Source: a bacterium (lineage in GTDB: Bacteria; Actinomycetota; Acidimicrobiia; Acidimicrobiales; CATQHL01). Taken from it: a stretch of DNA of 64,000 nt. Location of the stretch: NCBI GenBank assembly GCA_028824415.1, contig JAPPDX010000106.1, forward strand, positions 52,357-116,356. Direction: 5' to 3'. The position numbers and the translations under genes were made by a program. A model generated the notes under the pieces. The model saw only the letters and a program-made list of their open reading frames with translations. It was not told where the DNA came from and did no database searches. Positions within the stretch are counted from its first letter, which is position 1. Every line of letters starts with the position of its first letter. Below, piece after piece: positions 26,918 through 37,162 of this stretch.

Positions 26918-29223
26918 GCCGGCTCTCGCGCCGACAGACCTCCTCGGTGGCGGGAGAACTGCTGGCCGCCGCGGTCACCCTGGCCGTCCTGGCAGGAGGT
27001 GTCCGCCTTTTCGACGGCAGTTGGTTCGTGGCACCCGTGCTGGGCTCGGCCCTCCTGGCACACCTGCTCGTGGCGCTGCTGCGCCGCGCCGGTCGCGGCG
27101 TGGCCCTCAGCGCGCTCATCTCGCTGCTGGGAGTCGCGGGACTGCAACTGTGGGTGCACTACCCGCATACGACCACCTACGGCCTCCCCCGGTTGGCCAC
27201 CGCCGAAGCGTTCGCAAGGGACCTCGGCGACACCTGGCAGCTGCTGCGGTCCTCCCAGGTACCGCTCGGCGAGGACACCGGCCTGATCGTCGTCGCCGCC
27301 GCCGTGGCCTGGTTGCTCGCCGTCCTCAGTGACTGGGCGGCCTTCCGGGTCGGAGCCAGAGGTGAAGCGCTGGCCCCCGCGGTGATTCTCCTGGCCCTGG
27401 TGGCGATCTTCGGAACATCCGGCGGCAGGATTCTCTACCCGACCCTCAGCGTGGCCTGTGCGGTGGCGTTCGCCCTCGCTCACGCCACCGCACGCTCGGC
27501 AGCCCGACCGGGCCTCGGCACCGGCAAACGCCACCGGCTCCACCTGCCCCGAGGGCTCGTGACGGGCGCTCTGGCGGTCGGCGCCGGCGCACTGGTCACC
27601 TCCGCGTTGCTGCCTTCGCTGACCGACGGGCCGCTGAGGACGCTGCTGGACCCGTCGGCACCCTCGCCGGCGGACACCCGGAAAGTCGTCCTCAGCCCGC
27701 TCGTCGCCGTGCCCGGCCAGTTGCTGCAGAATCCGGACCTGGAGCTCTTCACCGTGCGGAGCTCCGAACGGTCCTACTGGCGCCTGACCGCGCTCGGTGA
27801 CTTCGACGGCAACGTCTGGTCCCTCGACGAGACCACGGGGGCGGCCGGCGGGTCTCTGCCGAGGCTCGCCGCCACAGCGGGTCCGGTGAGCGAGGTCGAC
27901 CAGAGCTACCGGATCGGCGCGCTGGCCGCCGTCTGGTTGCCGGCGGCCTACCAGCCCGTGGCATTCGACGCAGTGGGCACGCCGTTCGGGGCCAGCTTCG
28001 AACCAATCTCCTCAACGCTGCTCGTGGGCTCGGAGCGCGCCGACTCCGACGGTCTCAGCTACACGGTGCGGTCGGCGGTGCCCCGCTTCGATCGAGCCTT
28101 CTTGAGATCGCTGCGGAACGTTCGGACCGACGTACCGCCGGGCTTCACGGACCTGCCCGACGACCTGAACCCGGCGCTCGCGGCGCTGGCGGCGGAGATC
28201 GCCGCTGATGAGGAGGGGCCATACGATCAGGCGCTGGCGCTGCAGGGCTGGTTCCGAGAGGGCTTCGAGTACGACCTCGATGTGGCCCCGGGCCACTCGG
28301 GTGATCGACTCGAGACCTTCCTCTTCAGCGAGCGCCGCGGATACTGCGAGCAGTTCGCCGGGGCCTTCGCCACGCTGGCCAGAACCCTCGGGCTGCCGAC
28401 ACGGGTTGCGGTGGGATTCACTCCGGGTGTGGCCGTCGAAACCGACGCGGCCGGCTTCACTCTCTACAGCGTGCGCGGGCAGCAGGCCCATGCCTGGCCG
28501 GAGGTCTACATCAGCGGCGCCGGCTGGGTGGCCTTCGAACCCACCCCGGGGCGTGGCGCACCGGGGGCCGAGGCTTACACGCTCGTCCCCGAACAGCAGG
28601 ACGCTCCGCCGGAATCCCCGGCCCCGCCGGTTACCGAACCTCCATCCAACGGCTCCGGGCCGCTCGCCGCCTCGCCGGCGCCCGCCCCCCCGGCCGACTC
28701 GACCGGCACCGACGTCGCCGATGAACCCAAGGGCGCCAGCGCGACGCGGATCGCCTCCTATGCCGGGATCGCCGTGGCTGCCGTTGCCGCCGCAGGCGTT
28801 CTCTACGCGGCGAGCACCGCCGGCCTCCGCTCCTTCCAGCGCCGCAGCCGGCGCCGCTGGGCGGTGTCCGACGCCGGACGCCGCACGGTGGTGGCCTGGG
28901 AGGAGATCCTCGACCTGCTGCGCCCGCGCCGCATCAGACCGCACGCTTCCGAGACACCTCTCGAGGTGGCGCAGCGAGCCGCGCTGGTGCTCGAGGTTGC
29001 ACCCGAGCCGTGGCGCCGGCTCGCCTTCTGCGTCTCGGTGGCGGCGTTCGCCGGCGGTCCCATGCCCGCCGAGCTGGACCGGCAGGCCACCACGGCGGCC
29101 TCGGCGATCACCTCGAGCCTGCGGGAGTCCCGATCGCCGTTGCACAGCCTGCGGGGAATCGTCGACCCCCGACCGTGGGGGTTGCTGCTGCGCGCCGCGC
29201 GCCGAGAGCGGAGAACCGCCTGA
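26914..29223 (+). CDS. transglutaminase-domain membrane protein (TgpA-like)
   Basis: Polytopic N-terminus. Transglutaminase core 'RRGYCEQFAGAFATLARTLGLPTRVAVGF' with 'HAWPEVYISGAGWVAFEPT'. Overlaps the DUF58 gene by 4 nt. Confidence 0.85.
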   Translation: MSRLSRRQTSSVAGELLAAAVTLAVLAGGVRLFDGSWFVAPVLGSALLAHLLVALLRRAGRGVALSALISLLGVAGLQLWVHYPHTTTYGLPRLATAEAFARDLGDTWQLLRSSQVPLGEDTGLIVVAAAVAWLLAVLSDWAAFRVGARGEALAPAVILLALVAIFGTSGGRILYPTLSVACAVAFALAHATARSAARPGLGTGKRHRLHLPRGLVTGALAVGAGALVTSALLPSLTDGPLRTLLDPSAPSPADTRKVVLSPLVAVPGQLLQNPDLELFTVRSSERSYWRLTALGDFDGNVWSLDETTGAAGGSLPRLAATAGPVSEVDQSYRIGALAAVWLPAAYQPVAFDAVGTPFGASFEPISSTLLVGSERADSDGLSYTVRSAVPRFDRAFLRSLRNVRTDVPPGFTDLPDDLNPALAALAAEIAADEEGPYDQALALQGWFREGFEYDLDVAPGHSGDRLETFLFSERRGYCEQFAGAFATLARTLGLPTRVAVGFTPGVAVETDAAGFTLYSVRGQQAHAWPEVYISGAGWVAFEPTPGRGAPGAEAYTLVPEQQDAPPESPAPPVTEPPSNGSGPLAASPAPAPPADSTGTDVADEPKGASATRIASYAGIAVAAVAAAGVLYAASTAGLRSFQRRSRRRWAVSDAGRRTVVAWEEILDLLRPRRIRPHASETPLEVAQRAALVLEVAPEPWRRLAFCVSVAAFAGGPMPAELDRQATTAASAITSSLRESRSPLHSLRGIVDPRPWGLLLRAARRERRTA

Positions 29224-29268
29224 GCTTTCGCTCGCCGGCGAGAACCCCAGCGAGCCGCGTGGCCGGTG

Positions 29269-29652
29269 TCAGTCGCCTCGCTGGTCGCGGTTGAAGCGGT
29301 CTCGCATTCGCTGGCCGGGCGTGCCGCTGTCGTCGCGCCAAGCGCCGCTGAGGGGATTGCGCGAGATCTGCTGCAGGCCGGCCTTGCCCACCAGGCGGGC
29401 ATTCCGCTCGAAGAACATCGCGGAGGCCAGCATTATGAGGAAGCCCACGAACGACAGCCAGAACGACGTCGACAACGTGAAGATCATGAAGACGATCCCG
29501 GCGATGAATCCCAGCACCGACCGCCGCAGATTCCGGAACCCGTGCCGGAACACCGTCGTGGAGCGAACCTCCTCGGCGAGTTCGGGATCGGTTTCGTAGA
29601 GGTTCGCCTCGATCTCGCTGAGAATCCGTTGCTCGTCCTCCGACAGCGCCAC
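29269..29652 (-). CDS. DUF3040-type small membrane protein
   Basis: ORF 29269..29784. GTG 29652 gives 'VALSEDEQRILSEIEANLYETDPELAEEV' followed by two TM helices. Confidence 0.75.
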   Translation of the reverse strand: MALSEDEQRILSEIEANLYETDPELAEEVRSTTVFRHGFRNLRRSVLGFIAGIVFMIFTLSTSFWLSFVGFLIMLASAMFFERNARLVGKAGLQQISRNPLSGAWRDDSGTPGQRMRDRFNRDQRGD

Positions 29653-29780
29653 AGGCCTCGCTCCCTTCAAGCTCGACGGCGGTTCTGCAGGCCGATCGAC
29701 GTCCGGCCGATGACCCCAAGTCTCGCACACGCGGCACGCCACCACAACGCACTGCTGCTCACCGAGTGTGCTGCGTCCCT

Positions 29781-30986
29781 TCACGCGGTGCCGCGGGGCG
29801 CGCTGGCCGGGGTTATGACCTGCGAGCCGAATCGGTCCCGCAACTCATCGAGCGCCTCATCAAGCGCCGAGGCCGGCGCCCCTGCGGCTTCGTCCAGCGT
29901 GAGCTGCTCCCCTCCGCCGACCGAGAGCGAGGCGGCAGCCAGCCCCAGGAGTCGCACTCCGGCGTCGACCTCCAGGGAATCCAGCAGGGACCGCGCCGCC
30001 CGGGCGATGTGGGGCGCGTGCGCGGTGGCCCGCGGCAAGGTCCGCGACCTCGTCAGTGTCCGGAAGTCGCCAAAGCGCAGCTTCAGGACGACGGTGCCGG
30101 TGGTGCAGCCGGCCTCCCGCAGGCGGGACCCCAGCGCGTCGGCCTGACGCACGACCTCCACGCGCAGTCTGGCCCGATCCGAGATGTCATGCGGGAAGGT
30201 CACCTCGGTACTGAGCGACTTCGGTGCCCGCGAGGCGACGACGGGGCGGGGATCATGCGCGCCCGCCAGCTCCGCGAGCCGATGCCCTTGCGCCCTGCCG
30301 AAGGCGGCCACGAGCGTGTCCACCGGCAGTCCGGCCAACTCGCCCACCGTCCCCACCCCGATCTCGCTCAGCCGGCGCTTGGTGGCGGGGCCCACCCCCG
30401 GCAGCGACCGGACCGGAAGCCGGTGCAGGAACGCCGTCGCCTCCCCCGGCTCCACCACGACAACTCCCCGGCCGGGCCGCACCCCGCCGGCCCCCACCCG
30501 CGGTTTGGCCGACTCCGACGCCAGCTTCGCCAGCAGCTTGTTCGGCGCAACCCCCACCGAACAGCCGAGGCCCTCGGTCCGTGCCAGGTCGGCCCGGATC
30601 TCTTGGGCAATGTCGGCGGGAGTGCCGAAGAGTCTCCTGGCCCCGGTCACGTCCAGGAACGCCTCGTCCAGCGATAACGCCTCCACAAGGGGGGTATAGC
30701 TCCCGAACAGGTCCATGATCCTCCGGCTGAGTTCACGGTAGTGGTCGTGATCGGCGGGCAGGAACACACCTCCGGGGCACAACGACCGAGCCCGACGGGT
30801 GGGCATTGCCGACTGAACGCCGAACCGGCGGGCCTCGTAGGAGGCCGCGGCCACGACGCCCCGGTCGCCGGTCCCTCCGACGATCACCGGCCGGCCGCTC
30901 AGCTCGGGACGCCGCAGCACCTCCGCCGCGGCGAAGAAGGCGTCCATGTCCACGTGCAGCACGTTGGCCGCCCCGAGCTGCGGCAT
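29781..30986 (-). CDS. dinB: DNA polymerase IV
   Basis: 'VLHVDMDAFFAAAE' and 'SLDEAFLDVTG' Y-family polymerase motifs. Confidence 0.95.
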   Translation of the reverse strand: MPQLGAANVLHVDMDAFFAAAEVLRRPELSGRPVIVGGTGDRGVVAAASYEARRFGVQSAMPTRRARSLCPGGVFLPADHDHYRELSRRIMDLFGSYTPLVEALSLDEAFLDVTGARRLFGTPADIAQEIRADLARTEGLGCSVGVAPNKLLAKLASESAKPRVGAGGVRPGRGVVVVEPGEATAFLHRLPVRSLPGVGPATKRRLSEIGVGTVGELAGLPVDTLVAAFGRAQGHRLAELAGAHDPRPVVASRAPKSLSTEVTFPHDISDRARLRVEVVRQADALGSRLREAGCTTGTVVLKLRFGDFRTLTRSRTLPRATAHAPHIARAARSLLDSLEVDAGVRLLGLAAASLSVGGGEQLTLDEAAGAPASALDEALDELRDRFGSQVITPASAPRGTA

Positions 30987-31040
30987 GCTGCCACGCTAGG
31001 GGGTCTCCGCACCGGTGCGATGGTGACGGAGGCTCCTAAC

Positions 31041-31361
31041 ATGGTCTGGGTGAGTGGCACCCAGGGCAGTGTGACGCCACGCTCGGCCCTGCCGGGACGC
31101 CGTGCTCGCGTCGTGGCAACCCTTGCGATCCTCCTGGCGGGGGTCTGCGGCGGGCTGATCGGTTACGCCCTCGTGGACGTGAGTTGCTCCGGGGACTGCG
31201 GCTGGCAACTCGGGGTGGGCACCCTCATAGGTGCGGTGGCGAGCGCCTCCGGCGTCGCCACCGTGGCCTCACTCACGCTGCGCGCCATGCACGAGTGGCG
31301 AACCACTTCGCGGGCGGGCTCCGGACTCGCTCTGAGACGCGGCCGCCGGCGCTCCCGTTGA
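31041..31361 (+). CDS. hypothetical small membrane protein
   Basis: In frame with ORF 30741..31361. ATG 31041 (or 31020). Two predicted TM helices and a basic tail. Its stop overlaps the next gene's TTG start. Confidence 0.4.
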   Translation: MVWVSGTQGSVTPRSALPGRRARVVATLAILLAGVCGGLIGYALVDVSCSGDCGWQLGVGTLIGAVASASGVATVASLTLRAMHEWRTTSRAGSGLALRRGRRRSR

Positions 31362-32212
31362 GTCCTGGAGACGTCGACCGGGAGGCCCTCCGGCAACTCG
31401 CCGTCGACGTGGCCACAGAGGCCGCCGGCGAGGTCGCCCAGCACCACGGCCGGGTCGCCGCGGTTGCCACGAAGTCCTCCCGAACCGACCTCGTGACCGT
31501 CGTGGATCGGGCCGCGGAGTCCCTGATCACCTCGCGCCTGGACCAAGCCCGGCCCGACGACGGCGTCGTGGGCGAGGAGGGGGCGTCCAAGCCCGGCGCC
31601 TCGGGAATCACCTGGTTCATCGACCCCATCGACGGCACCACCAACTTCGTGTACGGACATCCCGGCTACGCGGTGTCGGTGGCGGCCGTCCAAGCCGGCC
31701 GGGCCCTCGCCGGCGCGGTCGCCGATCCCCTGCACGGCGAGGTCTTCTCGGCAACGCAGGGCGGCGGGGCGCTGTGCAATGGCGAACCCCTGTCGGTCAG
31801 CGAGACCACCGACCTCCGGTCAGCCCTCGTCGCCACCGGTTTCGGCTACGACGCGGCGGATCGCGTGCACCAGGGCGCCGTAGTGGCCGGCCTGATCGGC
31901 CGGGTGCGCGACATCCGCCGGATGGGCTCGGCCGCCCTGGATCTCTGCTCGGTGGCCTGTGCCCGGGTGGACGCGTATTACGAGTACCGGCTCTGCCCCT
32001 GGGACCACGCGGCCGGGAGTCTCATCGCCTCCGAGGCCGGAGCGATCACCCGGAGCCCCCTGCTGGCCCCGCCTCGCGCTCCCGGCGCCGACACCGCCGG
32101 GTTCGTGCTCGCCGCCGCACCCGGCGTGGCCGTCGCCATCACCGAACTCCTGACCGAGCTTCGAGCCTGGCCACCCGCACAAGCCCCCGACCGCGCCGCC
32201 GGGACGCTCTGA
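31358..32212 (+). CDS. inositol monophosphatase-family protein
   Basis: In frame with ORF 31184..32212. TTG 31358. 'WFIDPIDGTTNFVYG' and 'WDHAAGSLIASEAG' motifs. Confidence 0.85.
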   Translation: MSPGDVDREALRQLAVDVATEAAGEVAQHHGRVAAVATKSSRTDLVTVVDRAAESLITSRLDQARPDDGVVGEEGASKPGASGITWFIDPIDGTTNFVYGHPGYAVSVAAVQAGRALAGAVADPLHGEVFSATQGGGALCNGEPLSVSETTDLRSALVATGFGYDAADRVHQGAVVAGLIGRVRDIRRMGSAALDLCSVACARVDAYYEYRLCPWDHAAGSLIASEAGAITRSPLLAPPRAPGADTAGFVLAAAPGVAVAITELLTELRAWPPAQAPDRAAGTL

Positions 32213-32242
32213 ACACGACAGCGGCTCGCAAATTGGGGCAGC

Positions 32243-32932
32243 ATGGTAACCATGGCAACGCGCATCCTGACCGTCGAGGACGATGAGCGGATCCGCACCT
32301 CCCTGCGGCTGGCTCTCGAGGACGAAGGCTGGGAAGTGGAGGAATCCTCCAACGGCGAAGCGGCCCTGGGCATCTTCCGGCGGCATCCCGCCGACGTGGT
32401 GCTCATCGACATCATGCTGCCGGGCGTGGACGGGTTCGAGGTTTGCCGCTCACTTCGGCGGATCAGCAACGTTCCCATCGTCATGGTGACCGCCCGAGAG
32501 GACACCCATGACATCGTCGCCGGGTTGGAGGCCGGAGCGGACGACTATCTCACCAAGCCGTTCGCACCCAAGGAACTCTCGGCGCGCATCCGGGCGTTGC
32601 TGCGCCGGGCTCGCACCGCCGAGGGCCCGCTCACTAACTTCATCTTCGCCGATCTCGAGGTCTTCGCCGAGGAGGGCATCGTGCGCCGCGGCAGCCAGGA
32701 CATCGACCTCACGAAGACCGAACTCCGGCTGCTGATCGAGTTGGCCTCCAGCCCCGGGCGGACGCTCAGCCGGGAGGTGCTGCTCGAGCGGATCTGGGGC
32801 TACGACTACTTCGGCGACAGCCGTCTCGTGGACGTGCACATCCGGCGTCTCCGGACCAAGATCGAAACAGACCCTGCCAATCCCCGCCACGTCGTGACCG
32901 TTCGCGGCGAGGGGTACAAGCTGCAGCCCTGA
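32243..32932 (+). CDS. mtrA: OmpR-family response regulator MtrA
   Basis: Receiver domain 'RILTVEDDERI...VLIDIMLPGVDG' and wHTH 'VVTVRGEGYKL'. Followed by a kinase and a lipoprotein, as in mtrAB-lpqB. Confidence 0.9.
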   Translation: MVTMATRILTVEDDERIRTSLRLALEDEGWEVEESSNGEAALGIFRRHPADVVLIDIMLPGVDGFEVCRSLRRISNVPIVMVTAREDTHDIVAGLEAGADDYLTKPFAPKELSARIRALLRRARTAEGPLTNFIFADLEVFAEEGIVRRGSQDIDLTKTELRLLIELASSPGRTLSREVLLERIWGYDYFGDSRLVDVHIRRLRTKIETDPANPRHVVTVRGEGYKLQP

Positions 32933-32937
32933 CCACT

Positions 32938-34317
32938 GTGGCCGCGCGCGTCTCACTGCGGCTGCGCGTCAGCCTCGTGTTCGGTCTCGGAGCCCTCGTG
33001 CTCGCCGCGGGTCTGTCACTCATCACCTACGAGCTGACCCGGGACAACCTGCTGACCCGCCGGGAGGAGACCTCGCTCGCCCGCGTCGCCTTCAACGCCA
33101 CCCAGGTGAGCCGGCTCATCGACGCCGAGACCACCGAGCAACAACTGCGCGACCTGTTGCAGAACCTCTACACACCGCTGGGCGCCCGCCCCGTCATCCG
33201 CTTCGGAGACCTCTGGCTCTCGGCGAATCCCGTGGAGTTCAGCGAGCCCCAAATCGACCCGCGCCTCAAGGACACGGTGGCAGGGGGCCGCGCCGCGCAG
33301 ATGCGCTACGTCGTCGGGGAAACCCCCTTCGCCGTCATCGGCATCCCCTACTTCGACATCGACGCCGCCTACTACGAGGCCGTGCCGCTGGACGACATCG
33401 CCGCCATCCTCAGCTCGCTGCTGATCGCGCTCCTCACTGGAAGCGCCATCACGGTGCTCGTCGGCATCGGGATCGGCATCTGGGCGGCACAGCGCGCGGT
33501 GCAACCCCTCACCGACATCGGTGAGGCGGCCGAGGCAATCGCGGCCGGCGATCTCAACACACGCCTCGAGGGCGCCGACCCCGACCTGGAGCGGCTCTCA
33601 CGCTCGTTCAACCAGATGGCCAGCGCCCTGCAGGACCGCATCGAGCGCGACGCCCGTTTTGCCTCGAATGTCAGCCACGAACTGCGCTCGCCGCTGATGA
33701 CCCTGACCGCCTCCCTGGAGGTGCTCCGCAAGCGCGAGACCGAACTGCCGGTCCGCTCCCAGATGGCTCTCAACCTGCTCAGCGCAGACCTCGAGCACTT
33801 CAAGCAGCTCGTCGCCGATTTGCTGGAGATCTCCCGCTACGACGTCGGGGCCGCCGCCCTGGAGCTGGAGGAATTCGAGGTCATCGAGTTCGTCCAGCAG
33901 GCTGCGCGCGCCGCCGGTCACGCTCCTCGCGTCACCCGCGATCCCGGCACCGAAGGCCTTGTCCTGCGCGCCGACAGGCGGCGTCTGGCGCAGGTCATGG
34001 CGAACCTGCTGGAGAACGCCCACAACCATGCCGGCGGCGCCACAGCCATTCACGTGGCGCGATTCGATTCCTCGGTGGAGATCTACGTGGTCGACGCCGG
34101 TCCCGGTGTGGCGCCCGAGGATCGCTCCGTCATCTTCGACCGCTTCTCTCGCGGCAGCCGCTACACCTCGGGCGGGCGCTTCAGCGGCACGGGGCTGGGG
34201 CTGGCACTCGTGGTCGAACACGTCCGGCTGCACGGTGGATCGGTCCGCGTGACCGATCGGCCCGACGGCTCCTCCGGTGCCTGCTTCGTGGTCACACTCC
34301 CGGTGAACGAGCCGTGA
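32938..34317 (+). CDS. mtrB: sensor histidine kinase MtrB
   Basis: Two TM helices, HAMP domain, H-box 'SHELRSPL', N-box 'NLLENAHNHA' and G-box 'GTGLGLALV'. Confidence 0.85.
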   Translation: MAARVSLRLRVSLVFGLGALVLAAGLSLITYELTRDNLLTRREETSLARVAFNATQVSRLIDAETTEQQLRDLLQNLYTPLGARPVIRFGDLWLSANPVEFSEPQIDPRLKDTVAGGRAAQMRYVVGETPFAVIGIPYFDIDAAYYEAVPLDDIAAILSSLLIALLTGSAITVLVGIGIGIWAAQRAVQPLTDIGEAAEAIAAGDLNTRLEGADPDLERLSRSFNQMASALQDRIERDARFASNVSHELRSPLMTLTASLEVLRKRETELPVRSQMALNLLSADLEHFKQLVADLLEISRYDVGAAALELEEFEVIEFVQQAARAAGHAPRVTRDPGTEGLVLRADRRRLAQVMANLLENAHNHAGGATAIHVARFDSSVEIYVVDAGPGVAPEDRSVIFDRFSRGSRYTSGGRFSGTGLGLALVVEHVRLHGGSVRVTDRPDGSSGACFVVTLPVNEP

Positions 34318-34940
34318 GAACTCCGCGATCCCGACACCCCGCCCTACGGCCGATCGGGGCGCTGGCGACAACCCTCGCATTGCTGGTAGCGGCGGCCTGC
34401 GGGGTGCCGCAGGATCCGGCGCCGCGCGTCCTGGACGCCTCGGCGCTCCCCGAGGAACTGGCCATCCCCTCCACGACCACGACCTCCACCGAGGCCCCGG
34501 TGCCACGGCAGAGCGTCTACCTCTACTTCGTCGACGGCGAGGTTCTGGGCGAGCCCGTCGAGCGCGAGCTGGCCACACCCGCCGGTCTGGTGGCCGCCTT
34601 GGACGCGCTCATCGAGGGCCCGACCGAGGAGGAGGCCACCGCAGGCCTGACATCGGCCATTCCCGCGGAGACGGTCGTCCTCGGCAGCGATCTCACCAAC
34701 GGAGTGCTGCAGGTGAATCTCGCTGAGGGAACGCTGGAGCAGATCGAGGGAGCGCTCCAGAGCCTGGCGATCGCCCAGCTGGTCTTCACCGCCACCGAAC
34801 TCCCCGGCGTCGACTGGCTCTGGGTGCTGATCGAGGGCGAGCCCCGCGCCCTGCCCACCGACGAGGGCGATGTGGAAGCGCCGGTCGGGCGGGTGCACTA
34901 CGCCTCGCTGGGGCCGCCGGGCTCAGCCTGGCGGCCCTAG
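34314..34940 (+). CDS. GerMN-domain lipoprotein, short LpqB-like
   Basis: Signal peptide with lipobox 'LLVAAAC'. 'VYLYFVDGE...ALIEGPTEEE..GLTSAIP..T.V....L.NGVLQVNL' fits a GerMN domain. Overlaps mtrB by 4 nt. Only 208 aa. Confidence 0.65.
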   Translation: MRTPRSRHPALRPIGALATTLALLVAAACGVPQDPAPRVLDASALPEELAIPSTTTTSTEAPVPRQSVYLYFVDGEVLGEPVERELATPAGLVAALDALIEGPTEEEATAGLTSAIPAETVVLGSDLTNGVLQVNLAEGTLEQIEGALQSLAIAQLVFTATELPGVDWLWVLIEGEPRALPTDEGDVEAPVGRVHYASLGPPGSAWRP

Positions 34941-35968
34941 GACCGGCAGGCCTCCGCCACCTCCCAGAGCCCGTCGGGAATCGGCTTCAACGCCGCCGTG
35001 GCCTCGCCGAGGGGCACCAGCGCGATCCTGCCGGCGGTGACCGCCACCATCTGACCGAACGCGCCCGCGTGCGCGGCATCCACCGCCGCCACCCCGAAGG
35101 AGGTGCACAGCACGCGGTCGAAGGCCGTCGGTGTGCCACCGCGCTGGGTGTGGCCGAGGACGGTGATCCGGGCTTCCAGGCCGGTGCGTCGCTCGATCTC
35201 GGACGCCACGATGGCTCCGATGCCGCCGAGGCGGATGTGCCCATACTCGTCCACGTCGGGCTCGGGCACCGCCAGCGTTCCCGCAACGGGGCGGGCGCCC
35301 TCGGCCACCACCACCACTGACGATCGGGCGCCGGTCCGGTGCAGGCTGTGCAGCTCCGCAGCGATCGCGGCGATGTCGAAGGGTCGCTCCGGCACCAGGG
35401 TGGCGGCCGCACCGCCGGCGACCCCCGCCCACAGCGCCACATGACCGGCGTGGCGGCCCATCACCTCCACGACCATCACCCGATTGTGCGACTCGGCTGT
35501 GGTGTGCAGCCGATCGATGGCGTCGGTGGCGGTCTGCACCGCCGTCTCGAAGCCGAAGGTCAACTGGGTGCCCCCGACGTCGTTGTCGATGGTCTTGGGC
35601 ACACCCACGAGGGCCACACCGAGGTCGCGGTGCAGCCTGTTCGCAACACTCAGGGTTCCCTCCCCGCCCACGACGATCAGCGCCGCCACGCCACGGCGGG
35701 CCAGCACCTCGACCACCCGTTCCGGGCCGTCGTCGGTCATGTACGGCTGGATGCGCGAGGTCCCCAGGATCGTGCCCCCCCGGGACAGGATCCTCGAGGC
35801 TCGCTCGGGGGCGACAGGGATCGCCTCGTCTTCGACGACTCCTCGCCAACCGTCCCGGAAGCCCAGAACCTCGTCCCCCCAACGCTTGGCGCCGTGCAGC
35901 ACAACAGCGCGGATCACGGCGTTCAGCCCCGGACAGTCGCCGCCGCCGGTCAGGATGCCGAGGCGCAC
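34937..35968 (-). CDS. pfkA: 6-phosphofructokinase
   Basis: ORF 34937..36187. GTG 35968 gives 'VRLGILTGGGDCPGLNAVIRA'. 'GGEGT', 'PKTIDND' and 'MGRHAG' motifs. Confidence 0.9.
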   Translation of the reverse strand: MRLGILTGGGDCPGLNAVIRAVVLHGAKRWGDEVLGFRDGWRGVVEDEAIPVAPERASRILSRGGTILGTSRIQPYMTDDGPERVVEVLARRGVAALIVVGGEGTLSVANRLHRDLGVALVGVPKTIDNDVGGTQLTFGFETAVQTATDAIDRLHTTAESHNRVMVVEVMGRHAGHVALWAGVAGGAAATLVPERPFDIAAIAAELHSLHRTGARSSVVVVAEGARPVAGTLAVPEPDVDEYGHIRLGGIGAIVASEIERRTGLEARITVLGHTQRGGTPTAFDRVLCTSFGVAAVDAAHAGAFGQMVAVTAGRIALVPLGEATAALKPIPDGLWEVAEACRS

Positions 35969-35975
35969 AGGAGAC

Positions 35976-37151
35976 TCAGCCGAGGTCGACCAGGGCCTTG
36001 CGCAGGTTGCGGACTGCCTGGCCGATGCGCTGCTCGTTCTCGATGAGGGCGAAGCGAACGTACCCTTCGCCCCCAGGTCCGAACCCGCCGCCCGGTGAGG
36101 TGGCAACGTTGGCCTCGGTGACGAGGAACGACGCGAAGGCGACCGAATCCATGTGGCGGTAGGCCTCGGGAATCGGCGCCCAGACAAACATCGTCCCCTT
36201 CGGCGGATCCACGGGCCAGCCGATGCGCGCCAGACCGTCGCAGAGGCTGTCGCGGCGACTCTGGTAGGTCTCGTTCACCAACTTCGGGTAGTCGGCCGCC
36301 TCGTTGAGCGTCACGGTGGCGGCGATCTGGATGGGCTGGAAGGTCCCGTAGTCCAGGTACGACTTGAGCTTGGCCAGCGCGGCCACCACCTCGGCGTTGC
36401 CCGCCATGAAGGCCACCCGCCAACCGGCCATCGAGAAGGACTTGGTGAGGGAATAGAACTCCACGGCCACGTCAAGAGCGCCGGTCGCCTGCAGGATGGA
36501 CGGCGGCCGGTAACCGTCGAAGGCGATGTCGGCGTAAGCGAAGTCGTGCACGACAAGCACATCGTGCTCCCGGGCGAAGTCCACGACGCGCTGCATGAAG
36601 TCCAGGTCCACACACGTGGTGGTCGGGTTGTGCGGGAACGACAGGAGGATCACCCGAGGTTTGGGCCAGGAGTACTCCCAGCGCTGGCGGAGCACCTCGT
36701 CCAGGTCGTCGCCCACGGCCAGAGGGATGTTGCGGATCTCCGCGCCCGCGAAGAGCGGCGCGAAGAGGTGAATGGGATACGAGGGGGCCGGCACCAGCAC
36801 GGCGTCACCCGGCTGCAGCAGCACCCACATCAGGTGCGATAGGCCCTCCTTGGCGCCGATGGTGTTGATGACCTGTGTCTCGGGGTCGAGCTCGACGCCG
36901 AATCTGCGGAGGTAGAGATCCGACACGGCGCTGCGGAGCTTGGGAATCCCCCGGCTGAGCGAGTAGCGGTGGTTGCGGGGGTTGCGGACCGCCTCGGCCA
37001 GCTTCTCCACGGCGATGTCCGGTGACGGGATGTCCGGGTTGCCGAATCCGAGGTCGATGATGTCCTCACCCTGCCGACGGCCCTCCACCTTCAGGCGGTC
37101 GATCACCGAGAACACGTACGGCGGGAGATTGGTGATGCGGCGGAAGTCCAT
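35976..37151 (-). CDS. class I/II PLP-dependent aminotransferase (AlaA/AspC-like)
   Basis: ORF 35976..37193. 'NLPPYVF', 'FPHNPTT' and '[15 protein letters not shown]' (PLP Lys). ATG 37151 preferred. Confidence 0.85.
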   Translation of the reverse strand: MDFRRITNLPPYVFSVIDRLKVEGRRQGEDIIDLGFGNPDIPSPDIAVEKLAEAVRNPRNHRYSLSRGIPKLRSAVSDLYLRRFGVELDPETQVINTIGAKEGLSHLMWVLLQPGDAVLVPAPSYPIHLFAPLFAGAEIRNIPLAVGDDLDEVLRQRWEYSWPKPRVILLSFPHNPTTTCVDLDFMQRVVDFAREHDVLVVHDFAYADIAFDGYRPPSILQATGALDVAVEFYSLTKSFSMAGWRVAFMAGNAEVVAALAKLKSYLDYGTFQPIQIAATVTLNEAADYPKLVNETYQSRRDSLCDGLARIGWPVDPPKGTMFVWAPIPEAYRHMDSVAFASFLVTEANVATSPGGGFGPGGEGYVRFALIENEQRIGQAVRNLRKALVDLG

Positions 37152-37162
37152 CGTCTCGGAGG

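Noticed and set aside
24784-29223. MoxR - DUF58 - transglutaminase operon as a candidate novel system
   Set aside because: This three-gene arrangement is a widespread, well-known conserved operon in Actinomycetota and other phyla. Nothing unusual was seen in its motifs or organisation.
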